Source of the DNA: Cereibacter sphaeroides 2.4.1
GTDB taxonomy: Bacteria; Pseudomonadota; Alphaproteobacteria; Rhodobacterales; Rhodobacteraceae
Assembly (NCBI RefSeq): GCF_000012905.2
Contig: NC_007493.2
Span: 2,460,001 to 2,492,000, forward strand
Reading direction: 5' to 3'
DNA: 32,000 bases
Shown: in pieces, positions 25,662 to 32,000 of the stretch
Numbering within the stretch: position 1 is the stretch's first letter
Layout of the letters: each line of letters begins with the position of its first letter
Translations under genes and position numbers: made by a program
The notes under the pieces: model-generated
The model's input: the letters and a program-made list of their open reading frames with translations, nothing else
Told to the model about the DNA's origin: nothing
Databases searched by the model: none

Positions 25662-27346
25662 GCGGCCAGATCCTCGGGCGAGAGCGCATAGAGCCCCGCC
25701 GCGCCCTCGCGCACCTGTGCGAGCAGCGCCGCATGTTCCGGAAGCAGCCGGCGGATCGCGACCCGCGCGAGCGGCTCGCGCGCAGGATCGGTGACGGCGG
25801 CCGTCAGGTGGAAATGCGCGCCGAGCACGCGGGCGAAGGCGCGCAGATAGGGCACCGCGCCCGCGAACCGGTCCTGCATCTCCTGGCCCACCAGCGTCTC
25901 GGTCGCCTCGCGCAGCGCCTCGGAGGCGGCCCAGACATCGTTGGCCAGATCGGGCAGCCTGTGGCGCGCGGTCTCGGCCGCGTCCTCGATCTCCTGCAGA
26001 AGGCGGAAGGCCGCCTCGCCCCCGTCCATCATCTTGCGGCCGACGAGGTCCATCGCCTGGATGCCGTTCGTCCCCTCGTAGATCGCCGTCACCCGCACGT
26101 CGCGCAGGAACTGCGCGGCGCCGGTGCCCTCGATGAAGCCCGTGCCGCCATGGACCTGCACCCCCATCGAGGCGACCTCGATGCCCACATCGGTGCCGTA
26201 GGCCTTGGCGATCGGCGTGAGAAGCGCGGCCCGCGCCTGCCATTCCGGCTGGCCCGTCGCGCGGCCCATGTCGAGGGCCACGGCACAGGCGAGCGCGATG
26301 GCGCGCGCCGAGAAGGTCTCGGCCTTCATCACGGCGAGCATCCGGCGCACGTCGGCATGTTCGATGATGCCGCCCGGCCCGCCCTGCCGGCGCTCCATCG
26401 CATAGGCCACGGCCGCCTGGGTCGCGGCCTCGGCCACCCCCACGCCCTGCACGCCGACCCCGAGACGGGCGTTGTTCATCATGGTGAACATCGCGGCCAT
26501 CCCCTTGTGCGGCGCGCCCACCAGCCAGCCCTTCGCCCCGTCATAATCCATGACGGCAGTGGGAGAGCCATGCAGGCCCAGCTTCTCCTCGAGGCTCACC
26601 ACCGTCACCGCATTGCGCGGCCCCGGACGGCCCTCGGCGTCGGGCAGGAACTTCGGCACGAGGAAGAGGCTGATCCCGCGCGTGCCCTGCGGCCCGTCCG
26701 GCAAGCGCGCCAGCACGAGGTGGCAGACGTTCGCGTTGAAGTCGGTGTCGGCCCAGGTGATGTAGATCTTCTGCCCGGTGATCGCATAGGTGCCGTCCTC
26801 CAGCGGCTCGGCCCGCGTGCGCACCGCGCCCACGTCCGACCCCGCCTGCGGCTCGGTCAGATTCATCGTGCCGCTCCACTCCCCCGAAATGAGCTTCGGC
26901 AGATAGAGCGCCTTCAGTGCATCCGAGGCGTGATGCTCCAGCGCCTCGATCTGGCCCTGCGTCAGCAGCGGATTGAGCTGGAGCGAGAGACAGGCCGAGG
27001 ACATCATCTCGTTCACGGCGGTCGTCACCGCCATGGGCAGGCCCATGCCGCCATGCTCGGGGCTGGCGGCGATCCCCACCCAGCCCCCGTCCGCAATGGC
27101 GCGGTAGCCCTCGGCATAGCCGGGCGAGGTGCGCACGACGCCATTCTCGAGCCGGGCCGGATGCAGATCGCCCGGCCGCTGCAGCGGCGCCAGCACCTCC
27201 TCGCAGAGCTTGCCCGCCTCGGCGAGGATGGCCTCGACCGTCTCGGGCGTGGCTTCGGCGAACCGCTCCGTCGCGGCCACCTGATCGAGGCCCACCACAT
27301 GGCCCAGCAGGAAGCGGAAGTCGGCCAGCGGCGCACGATAGGGCAT
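25658..27346 (-). CDS. Long-form acyl-CoA dehydrogenase (N- and C-terminally extended, FadE/DmdC-like), 562 aa.
   Basis: ORF 25658..27376(-) trimmed to the ATG at 27346 with GGAGGA upstream. It has the N-terminal MPYRAPLADFRFLL motif, TEPQAGSD, and the YEGTNGIQ catalytic region. Confidence 0.85.
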   Translation of the reverse strand: MPYRAPLADFRFLLGHVVGLDQVAATERFAEATPETVEAILAEAGKLCEEVLAPLQRPGDLHPARLENGVVRTSPGYAEGYRAIADGGWVGIAASPEHGGMGLPMAVTTAVNEMMSSACLSLQLNPLLTQGQIEALEHHASDALKALYLPKLISGEWSGTMNLTEPQAGSDVGAVRTRAEPLEDGTYAITGQKIYITWADTDFNANVCHLVLARLPDGPQGTRGISLFLVPKFLPDAEGRPGPRNAVTVVSLEEKLGLHGSPTAVMDYDGAKGWLVGAPHKGMAAMFTMMNNARLGVGVQGVGVAEAATQAAVAYAMERRQGGPGGIIEHADVRRMLAVMKAETFSARAIALACAVALDMGRATGQPEWQARAALLTPIAKAYGTDVGIEVASMGVQVHGGTGFIEGTGAAQFLRDVRVTAIYEGTNGIQAMDLVGRKMMDGGEAAFRLLQEIEDAAETARHRLPDLANDVWAASEALREATETLVGQEMQDRFAGAVPYLRAFARVLGAHFHLTAAVTDPAREPLARVAIRRLLPEHAALLAQVREGAAGLYALSPEDLAA

Positions 27347-27454
27347 GAGGTCCTCCGGGAAGGGCTGCCTTGGCAAAGGCGGCGGACGCGTCTAAGTCAG
27401 CGCAAAGCCTACCGCACATGCCCCCATCCTCAAGCTCGAACGCTGCGTCACGCG

Positions 27455-28393
27455 ATGACCGACACCCGCCTCCTGCCGCCCACCGCCGAAGGGATCGCCG
27501 AAGCGGCCCGCCTGCTTGCCGCGGGCGGCCTCGTGGCGCTGCCGACCGAGACGGTCTACGGCCTCGCCGGCGATGCCCGCGACGACCGCGCCGTGGCGCG
27601 GATCTTCGAGGCCAAGGGGCGGCCGCAGTTCAATCCGCTGATCGTCCATCTGCCGGACCTGGAGGCCGCGCGCCGTTATGCGCGGTTCGATGACGAGGCG
27701 CTGCGGCTTGCTGAGGCCTTCTGGCCCGGTCCCCTCACCCTCGTCCTGCCGCTGGGCGACACGCCCGTCTCGCCCCTCGTCTCGGCAGGCCTTTCGACCG
27801 TGGCGATCCGGGTGCCGGCCCATCCGCTGGCCCAGCAGCTGCTGCGCGCCTTCGGAGGGCCGCTCGCCGCCCCCTCGGCCAATCCCTCGGGCCGGGTGAG
27901 CCCGACCCGGCCCGAGCATGTGCTGGACGGCCTCTCGGGGCGGATCGAGGCGGTGCTCGACGGCGGCACCTGCGGCGTGGGCGTGGAATCGACGATCCTC
28001 GCCCCGGGCGAGCCGCCGCTTCTCCTGCGGCCCGGAGGTCTGCCCGCCGAGGCGCTGGAAGAGTGCCTCGGCCGGCCGCTCGTCGCAGGCGGCAGCGCCG
28101 ACCGCCCCTCGGCGCCGGGTCAGCTCGCCTCGCATTACGCGCCCGAGGCGCCGGTGCGGCTCGGAGCGACCGAGGCGCGGCCCGGCGAGAGCTGGATCGG
28201 CTTCGGCAAGCTCGGCGGGCCGCAGAACCTGTCGCCCTCGGGCGATCTCGTGGAGGCGGCGGCGAACCTCTTCCATTTCCTGCGCGAGGCGGACCGCGAG
28301 GGGCGGCCCATCGCGGTGGCGCCTGTGCCCGAGCGGGGTCTCGGCCGCGCGATCAACGACCGCCTCCGCCGCGCCGCAGCCCCCCGGCCCTGA
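27455..28393 (+). CDS. L-threonylcarbamoyladenylate synthase (Sua5/YwlC type, YrdC plus Sua5 domains), 312 aa.
   Basis: ORF 25601..28393 trimmed to the ATG at 27455. The motifs PTETVYGLAGDA, KGRPQFNPLIVH and APSANPSGRVSPT are present. Confidence 0.88.
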   Translation: MTDTRLLPPTAEGIAEAARLLAAGGLVALPTETVYGLAGDARDDRAVARIFEAKGRPQFNPLIVHLPDLEAARRYARFDDEALRLAEAFWPGPLTLVLPLGDTPVSPLVSAGLSTVAIRVPAHPLAQQLLRAFGGPLAAPSANPSGRVSPTRPEHVLDGLSGRIEAVLDGGTCGVGVESTILAPGEPPLLLRPGGLPAEALEECLGRPLVAGGSADRPSAPGQLASHYAPEAPVRLGATEARPGESWIGFGKLGGPQNLSPSGDLVEAAANLFHFLREADREGRPIAVAPVPERGLGRAINDRLRRAAAPRP

Positions 28394-28543
28394 CCACCGC
28401 AGCGACCGGCTGCCCGCCGCCGTCCCTCATGAGCCGATCCATCGGCAGGCGGGAGATACACGACGGTCACGGCGCCGGCCGGGGGCAGCCTGTCGATGCC
28501 CGGCCGTTCACCAGCGGCTTGCGTCCGCGCGCCGGGGCCGCGC

Positions 28544-29131
28544 TCAGCCCGCCGGGCGCGCGGCGAGGCTCGCGCAGCGGTCGTGGGCGTGGCAGCCCAC
28601 CAGATGGTCGTTCACCATGCCGGTGGCCTGCATGAAGGCATAGACGATGGTCGGCCCGCAGAAGCGGAAGCCGTGCGCCTTCAGCTCCTTCGACATGGCG
28701 CGGGCGGCGGCGGTCTCGGTCGGCGCCTCGGCCATCGTGGCGAAGCGGTTCTGCACCGGCCGTCCCTCGACATGTTTCCAGAGGAAGTCCGAGAAGCCCT
28801 GCCGCTCTTCGATCGCGAGGAAGGCGCGGGCATTGCCGATGGTGGCCTCGATCTTGCCGCGGTGGCGCACGATGCCCGCGTCGCCCAGAAGACGCACCAC
28901 ATCGGCCTCGCCCCAGGAGGCGATGACGGCGGGCTCGAAGCCCTGAAAGGCGGCGCGGAAGGCCTCGCGCTTGCGCAGGATGGTGATCCAGGCGAGGCCT
29001 GCCTGGAAGCCGTCGAGGATGAGTTTTTCCCACAGGGCACGCGCCTCCCATTCGGGCACGCCCCATTCGGTGTCGTGATAGGCGGTGTAGAGCGGATCCT
29101 GTCCGCACCAGGGGCAGCGTGTGAGGTCCAT
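28544..29131 (-). CDS. tag: DNA-3-methyladenine glycosylase I, 195 aa.
   Basis: This is the 3' part of ORF 28544..30628(-), trimmed to the ATG at 29131. [26 protein letters not shown]... together with VNDHLVGCH supplies the Zn ligands of Tag. Confidence 0.88.
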   Translation of the reverse strand: MDLTRCPWCGQDPLYTAYHDTEWGVPEWEARALWEKLILDGFQAGLAWITILRKREAFRAAFQGFEPAVIASWGEADVVRLLGDAGIVRHRGKIEATIGNARAFLAIEERQGFSDFLWKHVEGRPVQNRFATMAEAPTETAAARAMSKELKAHGFRFCGPTIVYAFMQATGMVNDHLVGCHAHDRCASLAARPAG

Positions 29132-29407
29132 GTCCGTCCGGAAAAAGAGGCGACTGCGCCCACCTTTAAGGCCCCGGTCCCGGACTGTCATCGGCTTTCG
29201 GCCCGGACGGCGTGCCGAAGCCCGCGCAGCGCGCGCGCCGCCGCCCCTGCCGAAGCCCGCGGCCGGAGGAGGTGCGGGCCCCCCGGCGCACTCCACCGGG
29301 CCGCGAGCGCAAACATCTTGCAGAACGCCTTCCCGGTGCTTACCCGTTTTCTGCACAGCGGCGGAGAATGCCCTCTGCCCGCATCGGTTCAAGGGAGAGG
29401 ATCGGAC

Positions 29408-30583
29408 ATGACCAACGTGGTAATCGTGTCGGCGGCGCGCACGGCCGTCGGCAGCTTCAACGGCGCCTTCGCGAGCACGCCCGCCCATGACCTCGGCGCT
29501 GCCGTGATCGAGGCCGTGGTGGCCCGCGCCGGGATCGACAAGGCGGACGTGAGCGAGACGATCCTCGGCCAGGTGCTGACCGCGGGTCAGGGCCAGAACC
29601 CCGCCCGTCAGGCCCACATCAAGGCAGGCCTGCCGCAGGAAAGCGCCGCCTGGAGCATCAACCAGGTCTGCGGCTCGGGCCTGCGCGCGGTGGCGCTGGC
29701 GGCGCAGCACGTCCAGCTGGGCGATGCCTCCATCGTCGTGGCGGGCGGCCAGGAAAACATGAGCCTCTCGCCCCATGTGGCCCATCTGCGCGCGGGGCAG
29801 AAGATGGGCGACCTGAGCTTCATCGACTCGATGATCAAGGACGGGCTGTGGGACGCCTTCAACGGCTATCACATGGGCCAGACCGCCGAGAACGTCGCCG
29901 CGAAATGGCAGATCAGCCGCGACATGCAGGACGAATTCGCCGTCGCCAGCCAGAACAAGGCCGAGGCGGCACAGAAGGCCGGCCGCTTCGCCGACGAGAT
30001 CGTGCCCTTCGTCATCAAAACCCGGAAGGGCGACGTGACAGTGGATGCCGACGAATACATCCGCCACGGCGCGACGCTCGACGCGATGGCCAAGCTGCGC
30101 CCCGCCTTCATCAAGGACGGCACCGTGACCGCGGCCAACGCCTCGGGCATCAACGACGGCGCGGCGGCGGTCCTCGTGATGAGCGCCGAGGAGGCCGAGA
30201 AGCGCGGCCTTTCGCCGCTGGCCCGCATCGCCTCCTATGCCACGGCGGGGCTCGATCCCTCGATCATGGGCGTGGGTCCGATCCATGCCAGCCGCAAGGC
30301 GCTCGAGAAGGCCGGCTGGAAGGTGGGCGATCTCGATCTGGTCGAGGCCAACGAGGCCTTCGCGGCGCAGGCCTGTGCCGTCAACAAGGACATGGGCTGG
30401 GATCCCTCGATCGTGAACGTGAACGGCGGCGCCATCGCCATCGGGCACCCGATCGGGGCCTCGGGCGCGCGCGTGCTGAACACGCTGCTGTTCGAGATGC
30501 AGCGCCGCAACGCCAAAAAGGGCCTCGCCACCCTCTGCATCGGCGGCGGCATGGGCGTCGCCATGTGCCTCGAGCGCCCCTGA
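29408..30583 (+). CDS. phaA: Acetyl-CoA C-acetyltransferase (beta-ketothiolase), 391 aa.
   Basis: ORF 28496..30583 trimmed to the ATG at 29408 with GGGAGAGGA upstream. [19 protein letters not shown] starts the protein. The active-site Cys is in NQVCGSGL, and GHPIGASG and CIGGGMG are present. Confidence 0.93.
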   Translation: MTNVVIVSAARTAVGSFNGAFASTPAHDLGAAVIEAVVARAGIDKADVSETILGQVLTAGQGQNPARQAHIKAGLPQESAAWSINQVCGSGLRAVALAAQHVQLGDASIVVAGGQENMSLSPHVAHLRAGQKMGDLSFIDSMIKDGLWDAFNGYHMGQTAENVAAKWQISRDMQDEFAVASQNKAEAAQKAGRFADEIVPFVIKTRKGDVTVDADEYIRHGATLDAMAKLRPAFIKDGTVTAANASGINDGAAAVLVMSAEEAEKRGLSPLARIASYATAGLDPSIMGVGPIHASRKALEKAGWKVGDLDLVEANEAFAAQACAVNKDMGWDPSIVNVNGGAIAIGHPIGASGARVLNTLLFEMQRRNAKKGLATLCIGGGMGVAMCLERP

Positions 30584-30605
30584 TCGCCCGCGGCGATCTG
30601 ACAAC

Positions 30606-30636
30606 GGGTGCGCAATAATGTTGCGCACCCTTTTCC
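30606..30636 (+). terminator. Rho-independent terminator/attenuator between phaA and phaB.
   Basis: GGGTGCGCAA-TAATG-TTGCGCACCC (10-bp stem) is followed by TTTTCC. It starts 23 nt after the phaA stop. Confidence 0.7.
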
Positions 30637-30682
30637 ATATCTATAACAGTCTTTCAACGAGCGGATATTTGAAGGAGGGATC

Positions 30683-31405
30683 ATGTCCAAGGTTGCTCTG
30701 GTGACGGGCGGTTCGCGGGGCATCGGCGCCGCCATCTCGGTGGCGCTGAAGAACGCGGGCTACACGGTCGCCGCGAACTATGCGGGCAATGACGAGGCGG
30801 CGCGGAAGTTCACCGAAGAGACCGGCATCAAGACCTACAAATGGTCCGTCGCGGATTACGATGCCTGCGCTGCGGGCATCGCGCAGGTCGAGGCCGAGCT
30901 CGGGCCGGTGGCTGTGCTGGTGAACAACGCCGGCATCACGCGGGATTCGATGTTCCACAAGATGACGCGCGACCAGTGGAAAGAGGTGATCGACACCAAC
31001 CTGTCGGGCCTCTTCAACATGACCCACCCGGTCTGGTCCGGGATGCGGGACCGCAAGTTCGGCCGGATCATCAACATCTCTTCGATCAACGGCCAGAAGG
31101 GCCAGGCCGGGCAGGCGAACTATTCCGCGGCCAAGGCGGGCGACCTCGGCTTCACCAAGGCGCTGGCGCAGGAGGGCGCGCGGGCGGGCATCACCGTCAA
31201 TGCGATCTGCCCCGGCTATATCGCGACCGAGATGGTGATGGCCGTGCCGGAAAAGGTGCGCGAGTCGATCATCGCCCAGATCCCGACCGGCCGCCTCGGC
31301 GAGCCGGAGGAGATTGCCCGCTGCGTGGTCTTCCTCGCCTCCGACGATGCGGGCTTCGTCACCGGATCGACCATCACGGCGAACGGCGGCCAGTATTTCG
31401 TCTGA
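30683..31405 (+). CDS. phaB: Acetoacetyl-CoA reductase (SDR), 240 aa.
   Basis: MSKVALVTGGSRGIGAAI carries TGxxxGIG. NNAG and the YSAAK catalytic motif are present. The SD is GAAGGAGGGA. Confidence 0.93.
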   Translation: MSKVALVTGGSRGIGAAISVALKNAGYTVAANYAGNDEAARKFTEETGIKTYKWSVADYDACAAGIAQVEAELGPVAVLVNNAGITRDSMFHKMTRDQWKEVIDTNLSGLFNMTHPVWSGMRDRKFGRIINISSINGQKGQAGQANYSAAKAGDLGFTKALAQEGARAGITVNAICPGYIATEMVMAVPEKVRESIIAQIPTGRLGEPEEIARCVVFLASDDAGFVTGSTITANGGQYFV

Positions 31406-31430
31406 GGATCTTCTCATCCTGAAAACCAGA

Positions 31431-31465
31431 GAGCCGCGCAGGGATCTGCGCGGCTCCTTTCGTTT
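31431..31465. terminator. Bidirectional terminator hairpin between phaB and the convergent DUF465 gene.
   Basis: GAGCCGCGCAG-GGAT-CTGCGCGGCTC (11-bp stem). On the plus strand it is followed by CTTTCGTTT, and on the minus strand by TCTGGTTTTC. Confidence 0.7.
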
Positions 31466-31547
31466 CACTGGAATCAACCGTCGGCTGAAACGTCCCGCGA
31501 CGGGCGAGCCGGGGCGCCAGCACCCGAAGGTGGGCGCCGCCCCCTCG

Positions 31548-31715
31548 TCACGCCTGAGAAAGACGGGCGATTTCCTCTTTCAGCTTGAGTTTCTGTTTCT
31601 TCATCTCGGAGATCTTCAGGGCGTCCATGGCGGGGTTTCGCTGAGCTTTCTCCACGCTCGTCGAGAGAGTCTCGTGTTTGCGGCGCAGTTCCTGCAGATG
31701 CGAAGCGACAGTCAT
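31548..31715 (-). CDS. DUF465 (YdcH-like) small coiled-coil protein, 55 aa.
   Basis: ORF 31548..31733(-) trimmed to the ATG at 31715 with GGAGGA 5 nt upstream. MTVASHLQELRRKHETLSTSVEKAQRNPAMDALKISEMKKQKLKLKEEIARL is typical of DUF465. Confidence 0.75.
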   Translation of the reverse strand: MTVASHLQELRRKHETLSTSVEKAQRNPAMDALKISEMKKQKLKLKEEIARLSQA

Positions 31716-31740
31716 TCTCGTCCTCCTGTGCATGATCCGA

Positions 31741-31778
31741 GTGTCACGAGTTCATCACAAAGGTCGAGTCGTGTCACG
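31741..31778. repeat. Two GTGTCACG 8-mers exactly 30 bp apart, upstream of the DUF465 gene.
   Basis: The copies are at 31741-31748 and 31771-31778. Each contains the dyad GTG-T-CAC, and a related TCATCAC lies between them. Confidence 0.8.
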
Positions 31779-31813
31779 CGAAGTCGGGCCGGTGGGCAGG
31801 ACCTCGCGCAGTC

Positions 31814-32000
31814 TCATATCAACCTGAACGGGAATTCCCCTCCGTTGCGCAGGATATGGGCAGCCGCGGGGCTGAAGCTCTCGCGGTCGCCGTCATGTTG
31901 GGCGCCCTCGTGCAGCACGAAGGGCGGCAGCAGCCGGAACGGCGCCCGCCCGCCCTTGCGGGACTGGAGGATCACGCGCTTGGCCGGGCGGCCCTCGCGC
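31814..32000 (-). CDS. C-terminal 61 codons of an unidentified protein; the gene starts beyond the window end.
   Basis: The stop TGA is at 31816-31814. The in-frame peptide is ...REGRPAKRVILQSRKGGRAPFRLLPPFVLHEGAQHDGDRESFSPAAAHILRNGGEFPFRLI. GC3 is very high over the first ~45 codons. It is not in the ORF track because there is no start in the window. Confidence 0.5.
   Translation of the reverse strand, partial: REGRPAKRVILQSRKGGRAPFRLLPPFVLHEGAQHDGDRESFSPAAAHILRNGGEFPFRLI

Noticed and set aside
25601-27454. Long in-frame upstream extensions of three genes. These are Sua5 (ORF 25601..28393), phaA (28496..29407) and tag (29132..30628 on the minus strand).
   Set aside because: The extensions run antisense through well-supported genes (ACAD, tag, phaA). 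Internal ATGs with good SD sequences give proteins of canonical length and N-termini.

Overview
This is a high-GC (roughly 68-70%) alphaproteobacterial chromosomal segment. From memory rather than a search, it looks like Cereibacter/Rhodobacter sphaeroides or a close relative. The pointers are a PmtA-like methyltransferase behind psd-pssA, an aa3 oxidase subunit-IV peptide homologous to Paracoccus CtaH, and phaA-phaB. About 40 tightly packed genes sit on both strands, and almost all are core housekeeping. They include a DUF1013/TrcR-like protein, RNase T2, qor, a COQ9-like gene divergent from rpsU, psd-pssA-pmtA, Lrp-type regulator/ald, mscL, a TlpA-like redoxin, and argH followed by three small envelope genes and lysA. 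The remainder are a TIGR02302/DUF4175 protein, a zinc-ribbon protein divergent from ftsEX, plsC, the mobA / mobB-fusion / GNAT chain, azlCD, a lipoprotein, ctaH-like, an MBL-fold hydrolase, a long acyl-CoA dehydrogenase, Sua5/TsaC, tag, phaA, phaB and DUF465. Each window edge carries a partial minus-strand CDS that the ORF track cannot show. I found no rRNA, tRNA, CRISPR, transposase, integrase, phage or recognisable defence genes, and composition is uniform. I therefore do not see a convincing novel multi-gene system. The most second-look-worthy items are: (1) MobB fused to a ~290-aa uncharacterised RNase-H-like/DUF429-like domain, overlap-coupled to mobA and a GNAT gene; (2) a lipoprotein with a permuted His...Cys papain/NlpC-P60-like signature beside the orphan oxidase subunit IV gene; (3) two mini-lipoproteins plus a small membrane protein wedged between argH and lysA; (4) function-unknown conserved proteins (TIGR02302-like, and a zinc-ribbon/Pro-rich protein next to ftsEX); (5) several non-coding oddities, namely the C-run-rich lysA leader, a terminator between phaA and phaB, a TATAAT-containing palindrome and phased 8-mers. 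All family names come from motif recognition and recall; no database search was possible. The many long ORFs lying antisense to or out of frame with these genes are treated as high-GC shadow ORFs.
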